From an uncultured Candidatus Saccharibacteria bacterium (lineage in GTDB: Bacteria > Patescibacteriota > Minisyncoccia > Phycocordibacterales > WO2-35-19), in contig CAYMOW010000002.1 in NCBI GenBank assembly GCA_964392285.1, positions 1 to 64,000 on the forward strand: a DNA stretch of 64,000 nucleotides, in the 5' to 3' direction. Positions 17,796 through 28,332 of the stretch are shown one piece after another (position 1 is the stretch's first letter; every line of letters starts with the position of its first letter). Position numbers and translations under genes: made by a program. The notes beneath the pieces were generated by a model. The model made no database searches, was not told the origin of the DNA, and was given only the letters and a program-made list of their open reading frames with translations.

Positions 17796-18199
17796 TTGTT
17801 TATTATATTAGTATAATCGCCTTTGAAAAGTGCACCAACGATGGCTTCGGTTACGAGCCAGGCCGAAAGTATGATGGCGAGTCCGATGCCAACTTTTTTC
17901 ATCATTGCAATCGATTCGCTTCTTTTGCCTGAATTGTCCGGATTGAGCATCATATTCAAGCCAGCCCAAGCAAAGACTCCAGCCGAAACCGGCACGGCAT
18001 ACTTGATCAGCTCTCTGATAATATTGTTTATAAGGGTTACAAAATCATCAAAACCACATTCCTGGTTCAGCCCGCCCGAATTGTTGCGCTGGCCACATTC
18101 GGGGATAATGCCACCTCTATTGGTCTGTGCCAGAGCCTGGCTTGGCACAAGCACCAAGAGCATAAGACAGACGAATAGTATTTTGGTTGAAGTTTTCAT
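17792..18199 (-). CDS. small secreted two-TM protein, paralog 7
   Basis: Signal peptide MKTSTKILFVCLMLLVLVPSQALA, core WAGLNMMLNPDNSGKRSESIAMMKKVGIGLAIILSAWLVTEAIVG; its stop overlaps the start of paralog 6 by 4 nt. Confidence 0.65.
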   Translation of the reverse strand: MKTSTKILFVCLMLLVLVPSQALAQTNRGGIIPECGQRNNSGGLNQECGFDDFVTLINNIIRELIKYAVPVSAGVFAWAGLNMMLNPDNSGKRSESIAMMKKVGIGLAIILSAWLVTEAIVGALFKGDYTNIINK

Positions 18200-18208
18200 C
18201 TTGAATAT

Positions 18209-19516
18209 TTAATCGGCGACAACGTCGTAGATATTGTATTTGCCAAGCAGGGCCTCGAGCTCCCGGCTGGCACGAGTAATCGCTTCCGAAACTCTGGCTC
18301 GCCCGCTTGTTACTGACTCAATCATAGCACGGAAGACTGCTTCGCTTTCTTTGGGTTCCGGATCAAGCCAAGCTCTGGCTCGGATAGCGCTATCATAAAA
18401 GACACTCCTGTAAGCATCGGTCTGTCTTTGGGCTAGAAGATCGCGGCGCACCGGTGGCAGACCAAAAACCTGGCTCCAGGGTTCGGCCCCTTCGGTCGCT
18501 AAAGTATAGGCCACGTTGTAAGCCGAATTAATATTGGCTGAAGCCTTGGTGATAGCTAACCCCAAAAAGTCGCCGTAGACGAAGAAATCGCCAGCCTCGC
18601 GCGAGGTCGGCACCTTAGCTACATCAAAATTGAGATTGGGGTTGCGATACTGTAGTCCGGTAAGTTCGCTCGCAAGACCAAAGTAAAGAGCCAGATCACC
18701 ACCCAAAAAATAATTGTAAGAAAGAGGTAGAGAGCGGTTCCAAGAATAAGTTGGTTTGGCCGGATTGCTAAATTCGGTATAAAAGTTGATCGAGGCTTCG
18801 GCTGGAATGATCGGCTTGTCGAATCGATAGTCAAAAACACTGGCCACCTTGTTGCCCTGCCAAGCGGTAATCGGCGTCCCAGCCTGCATGGCTAAGGTCG
18901 AGATGATGGCCTTGGCGTGAGAAATGTTTGCATACTCGCCAAAGCTAACCACACTTCGTTGGATATTGAGCGCGCCATCTTTTTGAGAAATTAGACCTGC
19001 GAGAGTATAAAACTCGTCCCAATATTTTGGTGGTTCGGTAATGCGGGTTTGGTTGAAAATGTTGCGATTCCAATACATCACTAGCGGGTCAACCACAACC
19101 GGCAAAGCCAGAACGCCCTTGGGAGTAGTAAATATTTCTGCACCTTCAATAAAACTGTCTTTGAATTGGCGTGAAGTCAAAACCGAATAAGGCACCTCGA
19201 AGATCTTGTTGCGGTGCTTCATAATTTTGTTCGAGGGCAAAAGAAAGAGGTCGGGTCCATTACCCGAGGCCAAAGCTTCGACAAACTCAGCATCAAACTC
19301 GTCGGCGTTGATTTCTTTGTAAGAAACCTCGATCGTTTCGCTGTCTTTGAGCGAAGTGGCATCAAGCACATTGGCAAAAAGGTCGGAGCGCAGACTGCCC
19401 CAAACCACAACCGTAACTTTGTCTTGCGAAGCACCTTTATAAGCGGAAAAGATAATCAGTCCGATTACAATAAAGGCTCCAAAGACACCGGTCAAAATAA
19501 GCTGAAATTTACTCAT
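18209..19516 (-). CDS. membrane-anchored extracellular solute-binding-protein-like (SBP family 1-like) protein
   Basis: N-terminal TM helix, then TVVVWGSL...EALASGNGPDLFLL, reminiscent of the sugar-type ABC substrate-binding-protein signature (AxxSGxxPDV). Confidence 0.45.
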   Translation of the reverse strand: MSKFQLILTGVFGAFIVIGLIIFSAYKGASQDKVTVVVWGSLRSDLFANVLDATSLKDSETIEVSYKEINADEFDAEFVEALASGNGPDLFLLPSNKIMKHRNKIFEVPYSVLTSRQFKDSFIEGAEIFTTPKGVLALPVVVDPLVMYWNRNIFNQTRITEPPKYWDEFYTLAGLISQKDGALNIQRSVVSFGEYANISHAKAIISTLAMQAGTPITAWQGNKVASVFDYRFDKPIIPAEASINFYTEFSNPAKPTYSWNRSLPLSYNYFLGGDLALYFGLASELTGLQYRNPNLNFDVAKVPTSREAGDFFVYGDFLGLAITKASANINSAYNVAYTLATEGAEPWSQVFGLPPVRRDLLAQRQTDAYRSVFYDSAIRARAWLDPEPKESEAVFRAMIESVTSGRARVSEAITRASRELEALLGKYNIYDVVAD

Positions 19517-19590
19517 TATGCCTTAATTGTAGCAAATATTTTTAATGCAAAAACAAAATCTGTTAATACATTAGGACTAATCTTCCCTAA

Positions 19591-19613
19591 CCCCTCTTTA
19601 CTCTAAAGAGGGG
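19591..19613. repeat. hairpin CCCCTCTTTA-CTC-TAAAGAGGGG (copy 1 of 2)
   Basis: Seen directly; the second copy at 19660..19684 has the same stem with loop ATG. Both lie between gyrA and the SBP-like gene. Confidence 0.6.
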
Positions 19614-19659
19614 AACTGCGCAATACATTGTTAAATCAATGAGTAATAAATTGCAGTCA

Positions 19660-19684
19660 CTCCCTCTTTAATGTAAAGAGGGAG
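19660..19684. repeat. hairpin CTCCCTCTTTA-ATG-TAAAGAGGGAG (copy 2 of 2)
   Basis: Seen directly; likely a gyrA transcription terminator (minus strand) or a repeated regulatory hairpin. Confidence 0.6.
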
Positions 19685-19695
19685 ATGGAGGGAGA

Positions 19696-22161
19696 TTAAA
19701 AGCAAATCAGTGAGGCCAGGGAGTCGCCTTCGCGCAGCTTCATGATGCGCACCCCTTGAGTCGAGCGACCAAGCGAAGGGATTTCGGAAAGTTCGAGACG
19801 GATGACTTGAGCCTTTTTGGACATAGCCACAAGCTCGGTTTCTTCTGGTGTTACTACGCTCGAAGCCATTATTTCGCCGGTTTTGGCTGTAACGCTCGAA
19901 GTCTTGATACCGGAGCCGCCACGCTTTTGGATCTTATATTCAGAAATTGGCGTTTTTTTGCCATAACCATTGGCACCGACAACCAAAATTTCCGAGACCT
20001 TCTCTTTGTCTTTGGCAATACGATCGGCACCGACAATACTGTCGTTCTTGCCAAGCTTCATAGCTCGCACACCCCCCGCCGTGCGCCCCATCTCGCGAAT
20101 GTCGCTCTCTTTGAACCTGATCGACTGACCCTTGGCCGTGACCAAAATACAAGTATCGCCCTTTTCGACAGCCGAAACCGAAACCAACCGATCGCCATCC
20201 TGGAGCTTGATGGCAATAATGCCGTTTGATCGCACATCGTGGAAACTGGCAGCACTGACTCGCTTGCCAATTCCAGCCGAAGTGATCATCAGTAGTGAGA
20301 GATCTTTGTTGTCTTTGATATTTTTTGGCATCGGCAAAATAGAGGTCACCTTCTCCCCCTCCGAGAGCGCTAGGAAATTCATAATCGATTTGCCTCTGGT
20401 GGCACGTTTGCCTTCGGGGATGTCATACATTTTGATCTGATAGGCCTTGCCCCGATCGGTAAAGAAAAGCAGATCGGAATGTGTGCTCGCAGTCAAAAAG
20501 TTGGTTACAAAATCTTCTTCTTTGGTATCAAGATCCACCACCCCGACCCCACCGCGCTTCTGTCGGCGAAATTCGTCCGGATTGGTGCGTTTGATATAAC
20601 CGCCAGCCGTCAGGGTCAGAGTATTCTCTTCATCAGCAATCAAATCTTCGACTGAAAGGACCTTGACTCCGCCCTTGATCAGTTTGGTGCGACGCTCGTC
20701 GCCATACTTTTCGGAAATTTCGGAAAGCTCTTTCTTGATGATCGAAAGAATCTTTTTGGGATTGGCCAAAATCGATTCGAGTTCGACGATCAGGGCTTGC
20801 ACGGCCTTGAGTTCGTCTTCGATCTTCTGGCGTTCTAGGCCGGCGAGCTTTTGCAAACGCATTTCCAAAATGGCGTTGGCCTGCAACTCGGAAAATTTGA
20901 ATTCTTTCATCAGGTTGGCCCGAGCTGTATCGACATCTTTGGACTTCTTGATGAGTTTGATGATTTCGTCGATATGGTCGAGCGCCTTCTTTAGACCGAG
21001 CAAAATATGCTCGCGCGCCTTGGCTTCTTTGAGGTCAAATTCGGTTCGGCGTCTAACCACCAATTGTCGGTGCTTGATGAATTCTTCGATGATCCCTTTG
21101 AGCGAAAGAGTTTGTGGCACTCCATCGACAAGAGCCACCAAGTTAACATGAAAAGTGTCTTCGAGTTGGGTGTGCTTGTAGAGAGCGTTTAGAACTTTCT
21201 GCGGATGACTGTTGCCTTTGAGCTCGACTACGACCCGGATATCTTTGGTCGACTCGTCGCGCATATCTCTGATGCCTTCGATTTTTTTGTCGCGGTGAAG
21301 CTCGGCGATCTTTTGGATCATCTCGGCTTTGTTGACCCTAAATGGTATCGAGGTGATGATGATTTGCGAGCCGTTTTTGGTTTCTACAATTTCGGCCACG
21401 CCTCGAGTCACGATCCCGCCTCGGCCGGTTGTATAAGCATGCTGAATATCTTTGCTATTGAAAATCACACCTCCAAGCGGAAAATCCGGACCCTGAATAA
21501 ATTGCAAAAGCTCTTCGGTTGTGGCGTCTTTGTTATCGATAAGATAGGCGCAAGCATCGCAAACCTCGCGCAAGTTGTGAGGTGGAATGTTGGTCGCCAT
21601 ACCGACCGCAATGCCCAAGGTGCCGTTCAAAAGGAGTTGGGGCACGGCGCTCGGCAAAACCAACGGCTCCTTTTTGGTTGCGTCATAATTCGGTTTCCAA
21701 TCGACGGTCTCTTTGCCGATATCGCGTAGAAGTTCGCCGGCGATCCGGCTCATTTTGGCTTCGGTATAACGCATCGCGGCCGGACTGTCGCCGTCGATCG
21801 AGCCGAAGTTGCCTTGACCAATAACCAACGGGTAGCGAAAAGTGAAGTCTTGGGCCATCTTGACCATCGCATCATAACAAGCGGTGTCGCCGTGCGGGTG
21901 GTAATTACCAAGCACCTCACCGACTACAGCCGCACTTTTGCGTGTCTTGGCGCTAGCACCAAGACCCATATTGTGCATTGCATAAAGAATCCGGCGGTGG
22001 ACCGGCTTGAGCCCATCGCGCACATCGGGCAAGGCGCGATCAGTGATAACCGACATTGCATAGTCGATAAAAGATTTTTTCATCTCGCTCACAATCGAGC
22101 GCGAAACCACGCCTGTCGGCGCGTCTTGTTCTGGGCTATTTTCTCTAGTATTTTTGGCCAT
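19696..22161 (-). CDS. gyrA: DNA gyrase subunit A
   Basis: [30 protein letters not shown]-terminus with the active-site Tyr region, and C-terminal beta-pinwheel repeats. Confidence 0.95.
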   Translation of the reverse strand: MAKNTRENSPEQDAPTGVVSRSIVSEMKKSFIDYAMSVITDRALPDVRDGLKPVHRRILYAMHNMGLGASAKTRKSAAVVGEVLGNYHPHGDTACYDAMVKMAQDFTFRYPLVIGQGNFGSIDGDSPAAMRYTEAKMSRIAGELLRDIGKETVDWKPNYDATKKEPLVLPSAVPQLLLNGTLGIAVGMATNIPPHNLREVCDACAYLIDNKDATTEELLQFIQGPDFPLGGVIFNSKDIQHAYTTGRGGIVTRGVAEIVETKNGSQIIITSIPFRVNKAEMIQKIAELHRDKKIEGIRDMRDESTKDIRVVVELKGNSHPQKVLNALYKHTQLEDTFHVNLVALVDGVPQTLSLKGIIEEFIKHRQLVVRRRTEFDLKEAKAREHILLGLKKALDHIDEIIKLIKKSKDVDTARANLMKEFKFSELQANAILEMRLQKLAGLERQKIEDELKAVQALIVELESILANPKKILSIIKKELSEISEKYGDERRTKLIKGGVKVLSVEDLIADEENTLTLTAGGYIKRTNPDEFRRQKRGGVGVVDLDTKEEDFVTNFLTASTHSDLLFFTDRGKAYQIKMYDIPEGKRATRGKSIMNFLALSEGEKVTSILPMPKNIKDNKDLSLLMITSAGIGKRVSAASFHDVRSNGIIAIKLQDGDRLVSVSAVEKGDTCILVTAKGQSIRFKESDIREMGRTAGGVRAMKLGKNDSIVGADRIAKDKEKVSEILVVGANGYGKKTPISEYKIQKRGGSGIKTSSVTAKTGEIMASSVVTPEETELVAMSKKAQVIRLELSEIPSLGRSTQGVRIMKLREGDSLASLICF

Positions 22162-22218
22162 AAAACTTTATACCCATTATAGCAAATAAGGGCTGATTTT
22201 CAAGCAAAAAACGGGCGA

Positions 22219-22566
22219 TTACCTACGTTCGTAGACTTCGATACCGGTAATAAAAGGCACAAAAACTCCGGCCAAAGAATCTCTGACCGAACCATAAACC
22301 TCGCCGAGGCCCGACCAAGCCGAGCCCAAAGAAAGCTTGAGCTGATCGAGGGGCGTCGGGAGGTCGTCGGAAACAGGATTTTCTGCGCGCGCCGACGGAG
22401 CCACACTTGCCTTTTGGGCCAAGTTATCACCAGAGAATTCGATAAGCCCCCGCTGTCCGGCCCAGCCGAAAGCCACAACCAAAGTTAGGACCAAAGAAAG
22501 ACCGAGAGCCACACCCTGCTTGTGAGTCTCCGAACTCTGACGGATTTTCTCCAAGAAAGATTGCAT
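22219..22566 (-). CDS. hypothetical small membrane-associated protein
   Basis: ORF with one TM segment (GVALGLSLVLTLVVAFGWAG); I recognise no domain. Confidence 0.4.
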   Translation of the reverse strand: MQSFLEKIRQSSETHKQGVALGLSLVLTLVVAFGWAGQRGLIEFSGDNLAQKASVAPSARAENPVSDDLPTPLDQLKLSLGSAWSGLGEVYGSVRDSLAGVFVPFITGIEVYERR

Positions 22567-22579
22567 TTTATTTTTGTGA

Positions 22580-23194
22580 TTATTGCTGACCCAAGACGAC
22601 GATTTCTCCTTGTTTGCCTTCGAGATCCTTTTTCTTGACCGTCAACTTCTCGACTGATTTGAGATTTTCAACCCCACCTTCTTTCAGAAAAGATCGGATC
22701 GACTTTTCGTCGAAGTTCATAGGTATAATTATAGAAGGTTCAAGCGAAACAGCAAACTTGTAAGCCTCGCTCGGACCAAGCGTATCGACCGGCACAAAAA
22801 GTATGTCGATACCGTCGAGCGACTCTTTGGCATCGGCCGAAAGCTTGGAGTCGCTTAGAGCACCCAAGAAGCAGAGGTTCATACTTTCCAAACTGACTCT
22901 ATATATAGTATTGATCAGTCTTTCGCCACCATAATCAGAAACCCCAGCACTACCTTTGATAAAAACTCCGCTAACTTCATATTCACCTGGGCCATCTACT
23001 ACAAAAGCCTGCTTCTCGCCCCGACTAGCCTGATCGCTACCATTCATATCTGGATGGTTCAAAGAAATAAGGGCGATATCGGCCCCAAAATTGCCAGCCT
23101 TGAGTTTGGAATTCTTGGAAATTGGGTCAAAAGCGAGCACGGTATCGCCAAACTGCACCCGGAAGCTTTGCATCCCTTGGTATGTGATAATCAT
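22580..23194 (-). CDS. MBL-fold metal-dependent hydrolase-like protein (COG2220/UPF0173-like)
   Basis: Starts MIITYQGMQSFRVQFGDTVLAFDPI (compare MKITYLGHSxF...DP), then ALISLNHPDMNG. The start was chosen at the internal ATG (23194). Confidence 0.45.
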   Translation of the reverse strand: MIITYQGMQSFRVQFGDTVLAFDPISKNSKLKAGNFGADIALISLNHPDMNGSDQASRGEKQAFVVDGPGEYEVSGVFIKGSAGVSDYGGERLINTIYRVSLESMNLCFLGALSDSKLSADAKESLDGIDILFVPVDTLGPSEAYKFAVSLEPSIIIPMNFDEKSIRSFLKEGGVENLKSVEKLTVKKKDLEGKQGEIVVLGQQ

Positions 23195-23242
23195 GGCTGA
23201 AATATAGCACAAATCGACCCAAAATGGAAATCCGGCACGAAA

Positions 23243-25105
23243 TTATTTAGTTAAATATTCTATGTTGTATTTTATAAGATCATAAGCTTCTATTGTTATT
23301 GCTTTCTTTTTCAGGAGCAACTGCAATTCAGTCATAAAAAGCTTCACCAAAATTTTATTAACCTTTTTGTCAAAAACCTCTACTCTCTTTAATTTTACTG
23401 AACCATCAGGAAGTTTTTCTTTGACTACCTCTATTTTCTTATTGAATTTGATAGCACCATTAACTTGTTTTATCAGACTATCACGCACCTTTTTATCTTT
23501 AATCCAACCAAGATCGAAAGATTTGTTTATATCTCTTATCAGAGTTTCAAGGGTTATTTCTTCAACATCACTCTCCGGCAACGTGATTTTTGGTTCGCCA
23601 ATTTCTGCCGTCGGTTCACTTGCAATATAATCAACCACTACTTCATATTCAACCTTTTCTCCTTCAACAATATCTTTTTTCACAGTTTCGATCTTGTCTG
23701 TATCAGAATCAGATAACGCTACCGCCATATGATATTTACCATCAGAAGTTCCGACTAGTTCCACCTTGTAATCTCCCGCCAACCCATTAGGAATAATTAT
23801 CATTTTCAACCCCTCAGGATTACTTTCTCCTGTATAAATAGCTCCAGGTATACTATTGGTGTTTTTGGTTATAACTCTGCCTTGCGGATCTGTAATTTTG
23901 ACTTCAACCGGTGAAGCAAACCAAAAAGAAGTCAGATTATCTGGTTCTGGCGGTGGCACATAAGCAACGGATGGTTGTGGTAAAGAAAGAGTGGAGAAGA
24001 TATCGGAAATGGCTTTGGTCGGCAAATCACCGTGTTTCGAATCTACCTCAATGTGTTTTAGGAATTCACTGGGATTTAATTGGGCGTAAGCAGTCGGTAA
24101 AATTTTTGCAAACAATCTTTGCCAAAAATTCTGCATCAGAACTGGTGGAAATATGTCAATCCCACCAAAAGACGCACTGAGAGCCAGTACTCTATTATCA
24201 CCTTCGGTCGTATCTCTGATTGGGGTAATTGGCTCTGGTACTCCATCTACCCAAAGTTTAGTTTCCGAAGCACTCCTTGGGACAATCGGGATACTTTCTA
24301 TTGTGTCTTGACCTTTACCTGCAACTGTCAGAATGCCTCCGACATTTTGTAACTGCATTGTTGAACTATTAAGATTTAGGTTCTCTAGAAAATAATTCCT
24401 GCCTTGTTGAAGATTCTCATATGAGATCAATTCCCCATTCTCATCTTTAAGAAAATTATATAGCGGTAAAAGTTCCCCTATTGATGGAATAAAGCTGTGG
24501 ATGGTGTCGTAACTATCAGCAGTCTGAGCGGTCGCGGTGGTCATATACCAAAGATACAACCCCACCCCAGCCCGTGTTAGTTTATCCCAATTCTCTGGCA
24601 CAACACCACCTTCCCATAATACATAAACTTCAGAGCTACCCCAATTTGGAGTACCTAATAAAATAAGCTTGTTCACATCGTTCCTGTAATTATGACTTTG
24701 GATGTAACGCCTAGTCACCAAACCACCCATAGAGTGAGCGATTATATTCACTTTGCCAGTCGGAGAATTAGCAAGAGCCTTATCTATTGTTGGTATAAGA
24801 TAATCGGTAGCAGAATTTATATTGCTCTGCCTCCAATCATAAAAAGCAATGAAAAGTGTTTTGTCTTTTTCATAACCCGCTTTCTCTAGGGCATCGATCA
24901 TATTATCCCAGGTTTTATCAGATGGAAAGAAATCCCAACTCCCGCTACCATTCCTCTGTAGCATCACTTCCCAATTCCAAGACCCCATAATCCCGGGCAC
25001 TATGACTATTGGTTCTTTTGCTTCTTGAGCAAAAACTTGTTGACAAGGGTTAAATACAAAACTTGTCAAAAACAATAAAATTACAACCTTATGAAATATA
25101 TTCAT
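23243..25105 (-). CDS. secreted alpha/beta-hydrolase lipase/esterase with a C-terminal extension
   Basis: Signal peptide, IVIVPGIMGSW, and the GxSxG nucleophile elbow IIAHSMGGLV. The C-terminal 250 aa are Lys/Glu-rich. The region is AT-rich. Confidence 0.65.
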   Translation of the reverse strand: MNIFHKVVILLFLTSFVFNPCQQVFAQEAKEPIVIVPGIMGSWNWEVMLQRNGSGSWDFFPSDKTWDNMIDALEKAGYEKDKTLFIAFYDWRQSNINSATDYLIPTIDKALANSPTGKVNIIAHSMGGLVTRRYIQSHNYRNDVNKLILLGTPNWGSSEVYVLWEGGVVPENWDKLTRAGVGLYLWYMTTATAQTADSYDTIHSFIPSIGELLPLYNFLKDENGELISYENLQQGRNYFLENLNLNSSTMQLQNVGGILTVAGKGQDTIESIPIVPRSASETKLWVDGVPEPITPIRDTTEGDNRVLALSASFGGIDIFPPVLMQNFWQRLFAKILPTAYAQLNPSEFLKHIEVDSKHGDLPTKAISDIFSTLSLPQPSVAYVPPPEPDNLTSFWFASPVEVKITDPQGRVITKNTNSIPGAIYTGESNPEGLKMIIIPNGLAGDYKVELVGTSDGKYHMAVALSDSDTDKIETVKKDIVEGEKVEYEVVVDYIASEPTAEIGEPKITLPESDVEEITLETLIRDINKSFDLGWIKDKKVRDSLIKQVNGAIKFNKKIEVVKEKLPDGSVKLKRVEVFDKKVNKILVKLFMTELQLLLKKKAITIEAYDLIKYNIEYLTK

Positions 25106-25120
25106 TGTAAATTTTAATAA

Positions 25121-25603
25121 TTATAATATTTTTCCAGACGCATATCCCAAACCAAGTACCATAACGAAAAAGAAAATTGCCACAAAAACAGCCAGCAAAA
25201 TAAGTGCAACAACCAAAGAAATTACGAAATTCTTTAAGGTAAATTTACCGTGCTTTAGAACTATGTAGCAATAAAAAACCAACACTGACCAACCTAAAAC
25301 TGATATCGGTATCAAATCAAACACCTTGTTTTCTATAACACTTTGCAGATTATAACCATTTGAAAAATAATTATGAGTCAGTTCTGTTGCAGACCAAAAT
25401 CCAAACCAAGCACAAACCACAAAAGTCACAAGAGATGTTAGATAGGCTAGGATTACCTGCCACCAAGAGATTGATAATTTTCTTTTCCATTTTCTAAATC
25501 CTAAGTATGCAAAAGGTAAAAAAATAAAAAATGCTGATAGCAAGAAAAATACCCACTCGATAACGAGTATCAATGTAGGCCCCGCCCTAAAATAGGTTTC
25601 CAT
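25121..25603 (-). CDS. hypothetical membrane protein (about 4 TM)
   Basis: Hydrophobic ORF, AT-rich, no recognisable domain. Confidence 0.45.
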   Translation of the reverse strand: METYFRAGPTLILVIEWVFFLLSAFFIFLPFAYLGFRKWKRKLSISWWQVILAYLTSLVTFVVCAWFGFWSATELTHNYFSNGYNLQSVIENKVFDLIPISVLGWSVLVFYCYIVLKHGKFTLKNFVISLVVALILLAVFVAIFFFVMVLGLGYASGKIL

Positions 25604-25666
25604 TTGAGGTTATACACTTATGGTAGCACAACGACTTGATTCGTTTTACAAGCTTATCCACATAAT

Positions 25667-26761
25667 TTATTCAGCACAGATAACATAATGCAGATATTCT
25701 GTCGTCTTGCTTGCTGTATAATTCCTGTTTTCTGATTTATCAGCCCTAAAACGACTATGCTCTTTTGTAAAACATCCATATTTACCCCGGAGACTCATTA
25801 TTTCTCTTATATCATCGGGGGTCATCAAACCTTCATTGTTATAACTCAAAAATATATATTTGACTTTGGCCTTCAATATCAAATCTTTAAACGATTTTCT
25901 GACCTGGTTTTTTGAACAATACAAAGATTTCTGATCAGTATAATCTCGTAGACCAGTCTTCCCATATATTTTAGGATTATCATACCTAGCAATTGTCTCT
26001 AAAATATGATAATTCGTTGCATATTGACGATGATTATATGGTGGGTCAAGATATAAAACATCTCCGTTAATTTTTTCGACGATTTTATTTATATCCATAT
26101 TGAAAATTTCGTGATCTTGTTCATTAACAATCAATTCTGCTGGTTTCAAGATCAGACTACTTTGAGCTGTCTTTTTTAGATTCTTCAGGAAAGCTCCGTA
26201 GACGGATGCTGTGTTCGCATATTTATCAATCGATTCGACTAAACTAGCGATCAAAAAATAATATTCATCATCAGAGATTAAATCTTTCTCTTTCCAATTT
26301 TCAATTTTTTGACGAATAGCGTCGCACCGCATTCCATTTTCATTTGAAAAATATTGTCTTGATTCTTCTTTGTCTTTGGTTTCTCCGAGACAATAATTTT
26401 TATAGATAAAGCCTTTTACACCCTCCAAATTTGATAGATATTCACAAACAAAATCTTTACGTTTTTCTGTGTCAATATTTTTTAGACCAGCAATTTCTTT
26501 TGTTAGTTTTATAAATTTTAATTCCTTATGATTCCCAACATAGTGCCTATTCAATACATAACTGTAATATTGAATATCGTTAGAAATTATTTTGTAACCT
26601 CTTTTCTTGAAATAACTACCGACAACTCCAGTTCCAGCAAATAAGTCACAAAAAACCTTGCAGTTTTTATCAACTACTTTATTAATTGATTCTTCCAAGA
26701 ATTCTAACAAAGATAGTTTACTGCCGATATAATTCATAAATTCATGATAACATACCCGCAA
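25667..26761 (-). CDS. Dam-family (alpha-class, D12) N6-adenine DNA methyltransferase
   Basis: N-terminal NYIGSKLSLLEFL and FCDLFAGTGVVG (motif I); C-terminal LYLDPPYN (motif IV DPPY). Confidence 0.8.
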   Translation of the reverse strand: MRVCYHEFMNYIGSKLSLLEFLEESINKVVDKNCKVFCDLFAGTGVVGSYFKKRGYKIISNDIQYYSYVLNRHYVGNHKELKFIKLTKEIAGLKNIDTEKRKDFVCEYLSNLEGVKGFIYKNYCLGETKDKEESRQYFSNENGMRCDAIRQKIENWKEKDLISDDEYYFLIASLVESIDKYANTASVYGAFLKNLKKTAQSSLILKPAELIVNEQDHEIFNMDINKIVEKINGDVLYLDPPYNHRQYATNYHILETIARYDNPKIYGKTGLRDYTDQKSLYCSKNQVRKSFKDLILKAKVKYIFLSYNNEGLMTPDDIREIMSLRGKYGCFTKEHSRFRADKSENRNYTASKTTEYLHYVICAE

Positions 26762-26799
26762 TAAAATCTATACGAAAACATAGGCTTTTGTGGTAGTAT

Positions 26800-27549
26800 T
26801 TGCCTATGTTAAAAAACGACTTAAATAATGAACGAATTGGCGTCTCTGCTGAAATTTCAATTGCAGATATTTTTGAAATTCCTATCAGTGACAACTATCG
26901 AAATCGCGGAGCACAAGATATTACAAACACCATCAAACCTATCATTGCCGATATCTTCAACTTAAATAATATTCCTCCACCAATCAAACATGTTGCGGAA
27001 AATCAAAATACTATAGATTTTATACTTGAAGGCAATAAAACTTTATCCGTAAAAACAAATAAACAAAAATTGGGCAAAGCTGCACCACAAAAAATTGGCC
27101 AGGCATCATCAAACACTTGGTTTGCGATTTTAGCAGAACGATTAGGTATAGCATATATACCGACAGCTTATCCTGAAAAAGTCAAACTTTTTAAAATAAT
27201 TGCACTAACAAGGATCGAGGAACTACTTTTTATTTACTGGGAATACATGTTCGATTGCGATTTTTTGATCCATATTTTCAATATCGTTGATTCTAATAAC
27301 AACCTTACTCGTGATCCGAAATACATAGTAACTAAGAAAACCAGTAGCCCTATTTGGGATCCTGCAAAAATTACATTTACAAGGCCAACTGTATCCGAGT
27401 GGAATGAGAGCAATACTGTAAAATACGAATACGATGGTGTGGCAATAGGTGAATTTCAAGTCCACAACAATAGGGACAATTTTAAATTTCGTTTCAATAT
27501 GGCCGGTATTTTCAAGTTAATGACAGAAGGTCGTCTCAGTTTTTCTTAA
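26800..27549 (+). CDS. putative type II restriction endonuclease (hypothetical, sits between two methyltransferases)
   Basis: 249-aa ORF with no recognisable family. It is divergent from the Dam-like MTase and convergent with the second MTase; AT-rich. Confidence 0.4.
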   Translation: MPMLKNDLNNERIGVSAEISIADIFEIPISDNYRNRGAQDITNTIKPIIADIFNLNNIPPPIKHVAENQNTIDFILEGNKTLSVKTNKQKLGKAAPQKIGQASSNTWFAILAERLGIAYIPTAYPEKVKLFKIIALTRIEELLFIYWEYMFDCDFLIHIFNIVDSNNNLTRDPKYIVTKKTSSPIWDPAKITFTRPTVSEWNESNTVKYEYDGVAIGEFQVHNNRDNFKFRFNMAGIFKLMTEGRLSFS

Positions 27550-28321
27550 AAACCATTATGTATTCGTGTTTGAATATATAATAATCACTTGATAACGCGC
27601 GGTATCTCCAAATTCCTTCTTTATTCTGTTTGCCACGATTACCAACCATATTCTTTATTATAATACTTTTCAGAATTAGACCTAGTTTTTGAGCCTCATT
27701 CATACAATAAAAACCCAATGGTACCCACTTCCCCATTTTATATGCATCACCAATAACAATCGCCAAATATCTACCATTTTCCAAAACATCTATTGTATTC
27801 TTTAAAACTTCAGCAAATTTTCCTAAAAACTCTTTCAAGGATTTTGCGTTTGATAAATCATCTTTTAAGTCACTAAACTTTATAATATCCGCATATGGTG
27901 GGTGCAATATGGCCATTTGCACATTTTTCTTTTTGTGTTTTTCTAAAATATCTTTTACTTTTTCAAAAGTTTGGATTTTTGTGCTGTCACCTATAATTAG
28001 CTCAGAAAAATTACCTTTCGCATCAATATTCTCACTGACATAATCAACGAGTTTTTTCTGTATATCGATCCCAATAAAATTCCTGTTTAGACTCTCTGCC
28101 TCATAAGCAGTGGTTCCACTTCCTAAAAATGGGTCCAGGATTGTTTCGTTCTTTTTTGTGTACCTAGATATTAACTGGTGAGGAATTTGTGGAACAAAAT
28201 TCCCATGGTAAAAACCGCTATGTTTTCCTGACTTGTCTCTTTCTGAAATAATCCAGAGACTATCCGTCCAAATTTCTGATTCTTTCCACTTACTTAAATC
28301 AAGATCATTAAAAATTGGCAT
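27536..28321 (-). CDS. DNA methyltransferase, N4/N6 amino-MTase (PF01555-like)
   Basis: HGNFVPQIPHQLISRY (motif X-like), ILDPFLGSGTT (motif I), ILHPPYADI (motif IV-like). The table ORF extends to 28441, but those 40 extra codons read through tRNA-Glu; ATG at 28321 (MPIFNDL) is used instead. Confidence 0.7.
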   Translation of the reverse strand: MPIFNDLDLSKWKESEIWTDSLWIISERDKSGKHSGFYHGNFVPQIPHQLISRYTKKNETILDPFLGSGTTAYEAESLNRNFIGIDIQKKLVDYVSENIDAKGNFSELIIGDSTKIQTFEKVKDILEKHKKKNVQMAILHPPYADIIKFSDLKDDLSNAKSLKEFLGKFAEVLKNTIDVLENGRYLAIVIGDAYKMGKWVPLGFYCMNEAQKLGLILKSIIIKNMVGNRGKQNKEGIWRYRALSSDYYIFKHEYIMVFKKN

Positions 28322-28332
28322 CTTAATATTTG

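Noticed and set aside
19517-19695. Possible CRISPR array (two identical hairpin-forming repeats)
   Set aside because: There are only two copies, each about 23 nt, with a roughly 47-nt spacer, and no cas genes in the window. Terminators or a dyad operator are more parsimonious.
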